Virus record (IMG/VR): IMGVR_UViG_3300033463_000061
Location: 1-64,000 of that record
Length of the DNA: 64,000 nt
Direction: 5' to 3' (one strand)
Source of the DNA: a virus
Taxonomy: Duplodnaviria; Caudoviricetes
The position numbers and the translations under genes were made by a program. This document shows positions 52,075 to 60,708 of the stretch, piece after piece; position 1 is the stretch's first letter, and each line of letters begins with the position of its first letter. The notes below the pieces were generated by a model. That model was given only the letters and a program-made list of their open reading frames with translations, was not told where the DNA came from and made no database searches.

Positions 52075-53603
52075 GGTAACTCCTTTTCGTTTTCAAGGTT
52101 GATCTGCTCGAAACCGAGCGAGTCGTAGATCTTCATGCGTGACACGTCGTCCCTGAACACGGGGCCGGCGGTCTCGCGGCGGGTCTTCGGAGACCGCACC
52201 GTGTCCCAGTGGTGGCGGAACTCGATGATGTACGCCGAGTCCTTGCCGTCGACCTTGCGGCTCGCACGGCCGGGCACCTGCTTCGACACGATCTCGCTTC
52301 CGCCGCCTCCGAGGTTCAGCACCACGCGCAGGTCCGGGAAGTCGACTCCCTGCTTGTAGACGTGCGTCGACACGGCCCTGCGGATCTCGCCGGACCTCAT
52401 CCTGTCGTAGACGTCCCTGCGCTCCTTCGGGGAGATGGCGTGGACGTGCCAGAACGCGGACGCGGGAAACTCGGCGGGGTCGGTGCCGGCGTGGGCCTGC
52501 TCGGGGAGCGGAGACACGCGTGCGTTCGCGCAGCCCCTGAGAACCTGCTCCATGTGTTTCGTGAACTGCAGCATCCCGAGTGCCTGGAGCTCCGCCGGCA
52601 TGCCGGCGAAGATGCGGCCGACCATGTCGTTGAGCGGGCGGTTGTTGTAGACACCCCACTTGTACCGCTGGTCGCGCGTCTTGTACTTCAGGTAGTGCTC
52701 GAGCCCGATGTTCGGCTCGGGGGCGTCAATCCAGAAAACCTTGACGGGGACAAGGCATCCTGCCTTGACCCCGTCCTGGTATGTGAACCGCGCTACGATC
52801 GGCCCGAAGATGCCCTCGGCCACCGTGTCCTTCCCGTCGAACCTTCCGTCCGGCGTCGCCGACACGCCCCAGAAGCGGGCCTTTGAGAAGCGAAGCAGCT
52901 CCTGCGAACGCGTGTCGGACGCAGCGGCGTGCATCTCGTCCACGATCAGCACGCCTACGTCCTCTGCGTCCAGCTTGTGCAAGCTGTCGAGGGTGATGAC
53001 CTGGATGTCGTCGGACGGTTTGCTGCGCCCGGACATGATGAGTCCGACGTTGCGGTCCGGAAGCAGCTTCGTCAGGTCGTCGAAGTTCTTCTGGGTTATG
53101 TCCTTGTCGGGGACAGCGACGACGATCGTCGGCGTGCCGCGCTGCATGAGCGCCTCGTGCGAATAGGCATTGCATAGCGCCTTTATTACATGGGTCTTGC
53201 CGAGGCCGGTCGCGCCGCTCAGGATGCCCCCGCCGCTCATCAGCATGTTGTAGACGAGCTCGAGCTGGTACTCGCGCAGGCCCGTCATGGCCTTGTCCAT
53301 GTCGGGGGCCGGCATCGGCGTGCGCCTGTCGACCACCTCGACCTCGAACCCGCTCATATTCAAGTGGTCCTTGCAGCGTTTCGCGAAGCCCGGAAGCGTA
53401 AAGCATGTCTGCGCGAGCTTGCCGTCTGGCCCGGCCCCCGTCTGCAGCGTGTAGAGGACCTCGTTGCTCATCTTCATCTCGCGCTTGTGCGTGCGCTGGT
53501 TGAAGACGAGCTGACGCTTCCAGTAGTGCAGCTTCGCCAGCAGCGTCTCGGGGAACGGACACACGCTTATGAATCCGTCCCCAAGTGTTAGAATAGACTT
53601 CAT
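52038..53603 (-). CDS. Superfamily 2 DExH helicase (UvsW-like)
   Basis: LREYQ, GATGLGKT, VDEMH, GVSATP, QGVDFP, QVPGRASR. Confidence 0.92.
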   Translation of the reverse strand: MKSILTLGDGFISVCPFPETLLAKLHYWKRQLVFNQRTHKREMKMSNEVLYTLQTGAGPDGKLAQTCFTLPGFAKRCKDHLNMSGFEVEVVDRRTPMPAPDMDKAMTGLREYQLELVYNMLMSGGGILSGATGLGKTHVIKALCNAYSHEALMQRGTPTIVVAVPDKDITQKNFDDLTKLLPDRNVGLIMSGRSKPSDDIQVITLDSLHKLDAEDVGVLIVDEMHAAASDTRSQELLRFSKARFWGVSATPDGRFDGKDTVAEGIFGPIVARFTYQDGVKAGCLVPVKVFWIDAPEPNIGLEHYLKYKTRDQRYKWGVYNNRPLNDMVGRIFAGMPAELQALGMLQFTKHMEQVLRGCANARVSPLPEQAHAGTDPAEFPASAFWHVHAISPKERRDVYDRMRSGEIRRAVSTHVYKQGVDFPDLRVVLNLGGGGSEIVSKQVPGRASRKVDGKDSAYIIEFRHHWDTVRSPKTRRETAGPVFRDDVSRMKIYDSLGFEQINLENEKELPWATTNSSTQTP

Positions 53604-53632
53604 GCGACTGTACCCTTTTTGATGTGGGATAT

Positions 53633-53641
53633 AGTATACCA
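53633..53641 (-). promoter_or_regulatory. Extended -10-like promoter TGGTATACT
   Basis: 30 nt upstream of the helicase start codon. Confidence 0.55.
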
Positions 53642-53658
53642 CAAACCCCGCTGTCTGT

Positions 53659-53922
53659 TCAACGCCCGTCGGCCGGCCGGTCCGTGTCGAAATCGAGCCC
53701 GAGGTCGGACGTGTATGCGCCGCGGTCCCTGTACATAGTCCACAGCATATACGCCAGCAGGGAAAGTACGACCGGCCACGCAAACCCAGCCACGACAGGC
53801 CCCCACACGCTGGGCCGCTCGTACTCGTCTGCGCACGCTCTCCCGATAAGGTAGAACACGATGAACGCAACAGCCCAGACGATGGCATACACGTAGCACG
53901 CCCATGTGAGAAATGTAAGCAT
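53659..53922 (-). CDS. Two-TM membrane protein
   Basis: Two hydrophobic helices; AAGGAG RBS. Confidence 0.75.
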   Translation of the reverse strand: MLTFLTWACYVYAIVWAVAFIVFYLIGRACADEYERPSVWGPVVAGFAWPVVLSLLAYMLWTMYRDRGAYTSDLGLDFDTDRPADGR

Positions 53923-53941
53923 TTTGCACTCCTTTTTAAGA

Positions 53942-53973
53942 TGAAACAGCCCCTCCCCGCGACGGGGAGGGGC
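53942..53973 (-). terminator. Intrinsic terminator-like hairpin after sbcC
   Basis: GCCCCTCCCCG/CGGGGAGGGGC 11-bp stem followed by TGTTTCA. Confidence 0.65.
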
Positions 53974-53993
53974 ATTTCCGGCGTACAGGCGGG

Positions 53994-56198
53994 CTAGGCC
54001 TGGTTCGGAACCTGGTCGAGGTTCACGATCGCGTCCATGTACGGGATCACGGACGGCTCGTGGGTGGCCATGAACACCTGCGTGTTCATGTTCCTCGCCA
54101 GCTCGCGCACCTTCGCCAGGACGATGCCGAACCGGTCGACGTTGCTCTCGTCGAGGAACGCGGTCGGCTCATCGAGGGACAGGAGCCCGAGCTTCCGGGC
54201 GAACATCTTGTAGATGGCCAGCCGGAACGCGACTGCGAGCTGCACGCGCTCCCCGCCGGACAGGACGTTGGTCCCGGGCGGCTCGACCGGACGGTCGCGG
54301 CCGTCGGTGAACTCGATCTTGAACCCGACCTGCTCCGGGTCCGGGACGACGACGAATGGCGCCGTGAAGTTCCCGAGGAACCGGTTGAGGTCGTCCGTGA
54401 GCGCCGCGAGGGTCGCGGTGACGAGGACGCGAGGGCCGTTCGCATAGTGGAACCAGTCCTTGACGTGCTCGGCCACCTGCAGCCGCTTCGCGAGCTCGTT
54501 CTGCTCGGCCTGCGCCCGCTTGAGCGACTCGACGGTCTTCCCGAGCGTGGCGATCGAGCCGACGACCTCGTCGCGGGTGGCCGTGACGCGCGCGGCGGCG
54601 ACCTTGAGCTCGGTCTGCTTCGCGCGGCGCTTGTCGGTCTCCGCGACTATGGACTCCATGGCCGCGAGCGCCTGGTTCCAGTCGACGGCGGCCTCCGGGC
54701 CGCAGAGCTTGACCGCCTCCGCCTCGGCCGCCGCAAGCCTTTCGACCGCGTCGGTGCGGGCCTTGTGGGCCACGTTGAACGCGATTTCGGCGCTGGCGAC
54801 GGCCTTCTTGCGCTCGGCCGCCCGCGCGTCGTACTCGCGCTGCACCTGCATCTCGGTCCGCACCTTGGCCATCACCTCGTTGACGCGCTCCTCCGTGAGC
54901 TCCGACGGCTCGACGGCGTCCAGCGCGGCCTTCGCCGAAGCCAGCCTGGCCTGCGCCGCGGCGTCGTTCCGCTGCCACTGCTCGAGCTGCTGGCGGCGCG
55001 TGAACAGGCGCGTCTGCGCGTCCTGCAGGCGCGGAAGCGTCTTGGCCTCACGCTCGCGCAGGTCGGCAAGCTCCTTCTTCATGGCGTCGACCATGCCCGC
55101 GTCGAGCGGCTTGCCGCAGACGGGGCACGCCGGGCCGGCGCCGTCGAGGGCGGCCACGGACTTCTCCCTGAGCGCCTTCTCCGAGCGGATGGTCGCGAGC
55201 TCGGCCTGCGCCTGCTCGATCTCGACGCTCGCCTCGGCGATCTCCTCCGCGGTTGGGTGCGTGGCCCCGTGCGCGGCGCAGTACGCCTTCTGCGCCTCGT
55301 CGACGGCACTCTGGGCCGCGGCTTTCGCGCGGATCTTCCGCAGCTCGTCGACGAGGACCGCCTCCTGCCCGGTGAGGGCCGCGAAGTCGTATCCGGGGTT
55401 GGCGCCTCCCTGGTCGGCGGCGACCTTGGCGGCGTCGAGTTCGGCGGACTTGGCCATGACATGCTGCTCGCATGTGGCGACCTCGCTCTTGCCCTGCAGG
55501 ACGCGTGAGACGGCTGCGATCGCCTTTCCGAGGTTCGCGCTTTGCGACTCGTCGACTTCCCCGAACTCGGCGAGCGCCGCCTCGGCCGCCTTGACGTCCC
55601 CGTCGAGCGTGACCTTGCGGGCCTCCAGCTCCCCGAGGCGCTGGTTGGCCTCGGTAAGCTGGATGTCGTAGCTTATGGGCTTGGTCGCCGTGTAGATCCA
55701 GTCCGTCAGGTTCTTGTGGATCTTGGCGGCGTCGAGGCCGAGCAGCTTCTGGAACGCCACCTCGCGGTCGCGCTTGTCGGTCTTCACGGATATGATCGCG
55801 TCGACTTCCGTCTGGCGGACGAAGACCGACTGCCGGACAAGGTCCTTGTCCATGTGCAGGCGCGTCTCCATCTCCTTGGCCACGTTCGTGATGCCGGACG
55901 TGGTTACGCCGTCGTACTCCAGCGTGACCTTGTTGGAGGACACGCTGCGCTCGATGCGGCCGGGCTTGCCGTCCTGCTCGAACTCGAGCACGACATGGCC
56001 CTCCTTGGCGCCCCAGTGCAGGAGCTCCGCCTTGTTCTTGTCAGGCTGTTCGCCGGTGAGGGCGAACTGGAGGGCGCCGAGCATGTTCGACTTGCCGACG
56101 CCGTTGTGGCCGACGACAGCGATCAGGTTCCCGGTAGTCTCGAGAGTGCGATGCACGTGCTGGCAGTAGTTTACCAGCTCAATGCGCTTTATGATCAT
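53994..56198 (-). CDS. sbcC: SbcC/Rad50/gp46-like SMC ATPase
   Basis: GHNGVGKS, coiled coils, CPVC zinc hook, LSGGER, LDEPT, ATH. Confidence 0.93.
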   Translation of the reverse strand: MIIKRIELVNYCQHVHRTLETTGNLIAVVGHNGVGKSNMLGALQFALTGEQPDKNKAELLHWGAKEGHVVLEFEQDGKPGRIERSVSSNKVTLEYDGVTTSGITNVAKEMETRLHMDKDLVRQSVFVRQTEVDAIISVKTDKRDREVAFQKLLGLDAAKIHKNLTDWIYTATKPISYDIQLTEANQRLGELEARKVTLDGDVKAAEAALAEFGEVDESQSANLGKAIAAVSRVLQGKSEVATCEQHVMAKSAELDAAKVAADQGGANPGYDFAALTGQEAVLVDELRKIRAKAAAQSAVDEAQKAYCAAHGATHPTAEEIAEASVEIEQAQAELATIRSEKALREKSVAALDGAGPACPVCGKPLDAGMVDAMKKELADLREREAKTLPRLQDAQTRLFTRRQQLEQWQRNDAAAQARLASAKAALDAVEPSELTEERVNEVMAKVRTEMQVQREYDARAAERKKAVASAEIAFNVAHKARTDAVERLAAAEAEAVKLCGPEAAVDWNQALAAMESIVAETDKRRAKQTELKVAAARVTATRDEVVGSIATLGKTVESLKRAQAEQNELAKRLQVAEHVKDWFHYANGPRVLVTATLAALTDDLNRFLGNFTAPFVVVPDPEQVGFKIEFTDGRDRPVEPPGTNVLSGGERVQLAVAFRLAIYKMFARKLGLLSLDEPTAFLDESNVDRFGIVLAKVRELARNMNTQVFMATHEPSVIPYMDAIVNLDQVPNQA

Positions 56199-56201
56199 CG
56201 G

Positions 56202-56936
56202 CTACTCCTGCTCCGAGCGGTTCTTGTTCAGCACGCTGGTCAGCCATGCCTCGCACCTCTTGTCGTCTCCCTGGGCCTCGATGGTCGTGGAGACCGTCCA
56301 CGGGGCGCGGGTGAACTTGGGGTTCTTGCGCTCGACGACCTTGGCCGACAGGATGCGGGGCTGGATGCTGTACCTCTTGGGGTCCGGGAACTGGATGGGG
56401 CGGTACCAGAACACCTTGTGGTTGTTCAGGAACTCCTTTGCGTCCTGCTCGGCGAGCTCCTTCACGGGCTGCGCCCCTATGTTCAGGGTGATCTCGTGCG
56501 CCGACATGCGGACGGACGAGCCGCGGACGGCGTCGTCGCCCTTCTTGTCGGGAGCCTTGCCGGCCTGGTCGTCGGTGGGCGCGGGTTCGCTCTTCCTGGC
56601 GATGTCCGCGAGGAGCTGCTGCTTCGCCGTCTGTACGGTCGCAGGCTTCTTCGCAGGGGCAGGCTTCTTCGTGGCGGGCTGCTTCGCTGGGGCCGGCTTC
56701 TTCGCGGGCTTGGCGGCAGGCTTCTGAGCCGGGGCCGGTTTCTTCGTGGCGGGATTCTCAGTAGCCGCTATGACCCCGTCCTTCGCCATGCCGGCAAGTA
56801 CGCCGAGTTTGTTGAGGGCGGACAACAGCTGGTCTGTGGCGTCCTTTATCTCCTTGAACGCGTCCCGTATCGAGACGAGCGCCTTGACGACGTCTTCGGG
56901 GGACATCACATCGGCAACGACTTTTTTCTTGCTCAT
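56202..56936 (-). CDS. Hypothetical protein with a KKPAPA linker repeat
   Basis: 244 aa; inserted between sbcD and sbcC. Confidence 0.8.
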   Translation of the reverse strand: MSKKKVVADVMSPEDVVKALVSIRDAFKEIKDATDQLLSALNKLGVLAGMAKDGVIAATENPATKKPAPAQKPAAKPAKKPAPAKQPATKKPAPAKKPATVQTAKQQLLADIARKSEPAPTDDQAGKAPDKKGDDAVRGSSVRMSAHEITLNIGAQPVKELAEQDAKEFLNNHKVFWYRPIQFPDPKRYSIQPRILSAKVVERKNPKFTRAPWTVSTTIEAQGDDKRCEAWLTSVLNKNRSEQE

Positions 56937-58018
56937 TTTGTTTCCTTTGTAGTTGGGTTCACATATTCCTGCATTATCGCCTTCGCCTGGTCAGGCGTGT
57001 CGATTATACGGCTGATCAGCGATGCCTCGTCGGTGTCCGCCCCGAAGAACTTGCCTATGGCGTCCTTCAGGCCGACCACGACGTTGCGCTTCTCGACCTG
57101 CTCCTCGATCGTCCGGTTGCCGTACGGCAGTATGCGGTAGAGGCGGTCCTTGAGGGCGTCCTCCACGCGCGATATCGGCTTTCCGGGCGCGGACAGGTTG
57201 ACCTTCACGAGCCAGAACGTCTCCGCGTCCTTCAGCATCGGGGAGAGCTTCTCGTCGATGCCCTCCGCGGAGTCGATGTCCACCATCTCGAACCGGCGGG
57301 TGTTCAGCGTCAGCGTCTCGTAGGTGTACCTGCTGCCCGACTGCACGGTGACGACGTCTACCGACTTGGGGCCGAGCTCCGATATGTCGTTCATCTCGGT
57401 GCTGCCCGGATACCGGTAGATGCGCCCCGCCTCCGTGGAGGTGGAGACCGGGTTGTGGATGTGCCCGAGGGCGACGTACCCGGCGTTGATCGCGTCGAGG
57501 TACGGCTCGAGGTCGCGCAGGCTCAGCGCGGTCGAGTAGGCGGTCAGCTCCGCGATCTCCATGTGGAGGACGAGGACGCCGCCGTGCAGGTCGCACCCGC
57601 GCTCCTTCAGCGACGTCAGCTTCTCGATGAGCTGCTGCGTGCGGCAGAAGTCGATGCCCGCGAACCAGACGCCGCCGGCATTGTACGCGGGCGTTCCGTC
57701 GGCCGTGTCCTGCTCCAGCGGGAAGAACCCGCAGAGCCGCGCCCACTTGCCCCCGGAGAGGTCGTGGTTGCCGTCGATCGACAGCACCGGTATCCCCGCC
57801 ACCGACAGCCTGGTGCCGAAGCTCCGCGCCGCCTGTACGGCGCTTGCCGGCGGCCTTGCGTTGTCGAAGATGTCGCCTGCGACAACGACTGCGTCGACCT
57901 TCTCGCGGATCGCTATTTCGACGATTTCGTCCAGGGGCTTCATGAAGTCCGCCTCCCGGACGTTCATGCCGTACTGGCGGTAGCCAAGGTGCCAGTCGGC
58001 GGTGTGCAGAAATTTCAT
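56933..58018 (-). CDS. sbcD: SbcD/Mre11/gp47-like nuclease
   Basis: ADWHLG, AGDIFD, GNHD, ALGHIH, YPGS. Confidence 0.95.
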   Translation of the reverse strand: MKFLHTADWHLGYRQYGMNVREADFMKPLDEIVEIAIREKVDAVVVAGDIFDNARPPASAVQAARSFGTRLSVAGIPVLSIDGNHDLSGGKWARLCGFFPLEQDTADGTPAYNAGGVWFAGIDFCRTQQLIEKLTSLKERGCDLHGGVLVLHMEIAELTAYSTALSLRDLEPYLDAINAGYVALGHIHNPVSTSTEAGRIYRYPGSTEMNDISELGPKSVDVVTVQSGSRYTYETLTLNTRRFEMVDIDSAEGIDEKLSPMLKDAETFWLVKVNLSAPGKPISRVEDALKDRLYRILPYGNRTIEEQVEKRNVVVGLKDAIGKFFGADTDEASLISRIIDTPDQAKAIMQEYVNPTTKETK

Positions 58019-58443
58019 TTGGTTTCGATCTCCATGTTGAAGTTCATCCTGGCAACGGTGTCCAGCAGTGTGATCAGCGCCCAGGCCTTCGGCGTAGGCG
58101 CCTTGAGCACCTTCTCCACGGCGTCCACGGCGTCAGCCGAGTTCAGCCGCAGGTAGTACTCGCACGCGGTGCGCACGTCGAGGTCGCGCAAAGTCCCAGC
58201 GAAGTCGGACCAGTTGTCTTGCGTCTGCTGGACTTTCACGGACGCAACCGGCCTCCCGTACGACCCCATCTCGGCGACGAGGGTGATCTTCGGGTAGCTC
58301 GGATTGCCGTCGCGGTCGTAGCCCACGAACTTGGACACCTCGACACGGCGGTCCCCGCGGGCTTTCGCGTTCTCGAGCTCCGTGATGAGGGCCCTGACCT
58401 GCGGGGTGACCGCTGCGGGGGCTGACGGTACGAGCGCGTTCAT
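58015..58443 (-). CDS. Hypothetical protein
   Basis: 142 aa, coupled. Confidence 0.75.
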   Translation of the reverse strand: MNALVPSAPAAVTPQVRALITELENAKARGDRRVEVSKFVGYDRDGNPSYPKITLVAEMGSYGRPVASVKVQQTQDNWSDFAGTLRDLDVRTACEYYLRLNSADAVDAVEKVLKAPTPKAWALITLLDTVARMNFNMEIETK

Positions 58444-59111
58444 TCCGCACCTCCAGTCCGCTTCGGCATCGGGAAGCGGATGCAGAGCACCAGCTTCTCC
58501 GGGTTGCTCCCCTTCGGCAGGTTCGCTATCCCGCGACGCTCAAGCTCGAGCGCGTCCGTGCCGTGGGCACTGAGCCCGCTGTGGAAGACGACGGCCTGGC
58601 CCTCCGGCTTGTCGTAGGACTTGCAGAAGTCCAACCCGTGCTTCCACTTCTTGTTGCCGATGCCGTCGCCGTCGACGACAAGCGCATCGAACTGCGAGAG
58701 GACTGACTCGTCTTCGGGTAGCTGCCTGAGGTACGCCACCACCGCGTCGGGCATGAACTTCTTCACATACCCCTCCATAAAGGGCACGTCGTCGATGACG
58801 AGCACCTTTAGGGCGCGCACTTCCTGCGTCGTCGGCACGGGCTTCGGCTCGGGGACCCTCCGCGCAGGCCGCAGAACGACCTGCACTGGCTCGTGGTCCT
58901 CCTTGAGCCAGCCCTGGTGCGACTCGTCCACGAGGGTGTACCTGGCGTGGGCGAGCCGGTCCTTTATGCCGGACAGGAACTTGACGACCTCCGCGTTGGT
59001 GGCCTTCTTTATCCACCCTCGCGTGGTAAAGCCCTTGCTCGCAGGGCCGCCTATGGCTTCGTCAATCCTCCAGATCACCTCGTCGAGCGCCTCTACCGGG
59101 AACGGGCTCAC
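58440..59111 (-). CDS. Receiver (REC) domain protein with an N-terminal extension
   Basis: KVLVIDD, FDALVVD, HGLDF, VVFHSG and LPK match the CheY-like active-site residues. Confidence 0.75.
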   Translation of the reverse strand: MSPFPVEALDEVIWRIDEAIGGPASKGFTTRGWIKKATNAEVVKFLSGIKDRLAHARYTLVDESHQGWLKEDHEPVQVVLRPARRVPEPKPVPTTQEVRALKVLVIDDVPFMEGYVKKFMPDAVVAYLRQLPEDESVLSQFDALVVDGDGIGNKKWKHGLDFCKSYDKPEGQAVVFHSGLSAHGTDALELERRGIANLPKGSNPEKLVLCIRFPMPKRTGGAE

Positions 59112-59329
59112 GGGTCGACCTCCATGATGCGGTCGACCATCGAATCGACCTGGTCCGGCACGACGAGGCCACTGCCGTCGACGTCAATATGCGCGTACCG
59201 GAGCTTTATCTCGGCGGCCTTGAGCTTGTTGGCCCGCTTCAGCTCCTTCGCGATAGCCCTGGCGCTTGACTGCATGACGCTCCAGAACTGGATCTCTCCG
59301 CTGCATGGCGTTCCGTATGCGCCGGCCAT
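59108..59329 (-). CDS. Hypothetical protein
   Basis: Start MAGAYG; TGATG coupling. Confidence 0.7.
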   Translation of the reverse strand: MAGAYGTPCSGEIQFWSVMQSSARAIAKELKRANKLKAAEIKLRYAHIDVDGSGLVVPDQVDSMVDRIMEVDP

Positions 59330-59874
59330 CACTCGCCTCCCCCGTTGTTCGCCTCGGCGTTCGCTTTCGCGGTCTCGGCCATGAGCTTGTCGTAGCACGC
59401 GTCGCAGAGGACCGCATCGCGGTTGTACTTCCCTTCGACCACGACCGTGACGTAGTGCGCGTCGTCGTGCGGGACCTCGGCCCCGCATTCCGTGCACTTC
59501 ACCGGCTCGTCCGCGTCCGGCACGGCGTTCTGGACGGCCTGCGCGGCGTCCTGCGCGGTGTCCTGAGCCGCCTGCTCCTTCTTCTGGCGCAGCTTGCTGA
59601 GCTTGGCCTTCACCCGCTCCTGCGCCTCCGACGGCCTCTCCTCGTCCCTTGCCGCCTGCCTCTTGGCGTACTCGTCGTCGACCGCCTGGTAGAGGGCCGG
59701 CAGCTGGGTTTCGGAAATGGCCCGAACAAGGTTATCGGCCTGCGTCAGGAAGTCCTGCTTGGCCGAGGACGGGTCGACCCCGTGAAGCCCGGTCGCCAGC
59801 TGCAGCTCGCTGCTCGCGTCTTTCGACACGGCGCCGTCGTCGCTCGAGACGACTACCTGGAATTTCACTCTCAT
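59329..59874 (-). CDS. Hypothetical protein with a C-terminal zinc finger
   Basis: CTEC...CDAC. Confidence 0.75.
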   Translation of the reverse strand: MRVKFQVVVSSDDGAVSKDASSELQLATGLHGVDPSSAKQDFLTQADNLVRAISETQLPALYQAVDDEYAKRQAARDEERPSEAQERVKAKLSKLRQKKEQAAQDTAQDAAQAVQNAVPDADEPVKCTECGAEVPHDDAHYVTVVVEGKYNRDAVLCDACYDKLMAETAKANAEANNGGGE

Positions 59875-60329
59875 TTCTTCTGCCCCTTTTCTTCGCTTGT
59901 TCCGGAATACCGGAGCTCGACTCCCCACGTCTCGGCGATATCGGCCGTCATCGGCTCGAACTCCTTCGCCATCCGCGATACCACGGACTCCGGCACGTTG
60001 TGTATGTTCCCGTACTTCCCGTAGCACTCTACCACGTGTACCGTGTATCCGAACGCGTGCCCCATCGTGATGTAGAGCTTGAGGTGCTCGAGCTTGACGT
60101 GTGTGGCGGCGACTGCAAGGCACGGCATGTCGAGCCTGGCCATCGCGAACCTGAGAAGGTCCTCGACCTTTCGCAGGACGTCCGCGTTCTTGTCCGAGTC
60201 GAATACGTAGTTGTGGTCCGCGTCGTACCTGAACATGTCCGGCTCTATCACCAGCGAGGCGAGCTTGTTAGCGAGCGTGGACTTGCCGCTTCCGGGGAGA
60301 CCCCGGAAGATGAATAGTTTCTTCTTCAT
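59871..60329 (-). CDS. P-loop kinase (AAA_33/polynucleotide-kinase-like)
   Basis: FRGLPGSGKST...NIHNVPESVVSRM. Confidence 0.85.
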   Translation of the reverse strand: MKKKLFIFRGLPGSGKSTLANKLASLVIEPDMFRYDADHNYVFDSDKNADVLRKVEDLLRFAMARLDMPCLAVAATHVKLEHLKLYITMGHAFGYTVHVVECYGKYGNIHNVPESVVSRMAKEFEPMTADIAETWGVELRYSGTSEEKGQKK

Positions 60330-60350
60330 GTGTACCTCCTGAGGCTGTGA

Positions 60351-60539
60351 TCAGACATACGGCGCCCAGCCCTCAATGGTCTGGAGCGTCCGTCTGGTCG
60401 ACAGAGTGGTTTTCTGCCCGTAGCGGGGGGCGTACGTCATGGCGTACAGCCGTGCAGGCTTGTGCTTGCCATGCCGTAGCCGCCCCCAGCCTCCGAGCTC
60501 CCTGACTCGCAAATACAACCTTGGCGACCTGCTTTTCAT
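60351..60539 (-). CDS. Small basic hypothetical protein
   Basis: 62 aa MKSRSPR... Confidence 0.4.
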   Translation of the reverse strand: MKSRSPRLYLRVRELGGWGRLRHGKHKPARLYAMTYAPRYGQKTTLSTRRTLQTIEGWAPYV

Positions 60540-60636
60540 ACGTACCTGTCCGCGACGAGCGACATCACCCTTCCAGAGGCGCTGAACGCCCTGCACGAAT
60601 GATTTTCATGTTGCCCGTGCGCATTTTCACGATTTT

Positions 60637-60645
60637 TGGTATAAT
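60637..60645 (+). promoter_or_regulatory. Extended -10 TGGTATAAT facing terL
   Basis: Exact motif 64 nt upstream of the terL ORF. Confidence 0.7.
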
Positions 60646-60684
60646 CTTCTGCGGTCGCCGACAAGGCGTCCGCTGGTTGTAGTA

Positions 60685-60693
60685 ATTGTACCA
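60685..60693 (-). promoter_or_regulatory. Extended -10-like TGGTACAAT facing the replication arm
   Basis: One mismatch to the motif found before other operons. Confidence 0.5.
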
Positions 60694-60708
60694 AATGATC
60701 GTGAACTT

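Noticed and set aside
447-60317. Numerous long plus-strand ORFs (for example 2705..4150, 34982..36637, 40135..42114, 55542..57140)
   Set aside because: Antisense shadows of GC3-biased minus-strand genes; no recognisable motifs or ribosome-binding sites
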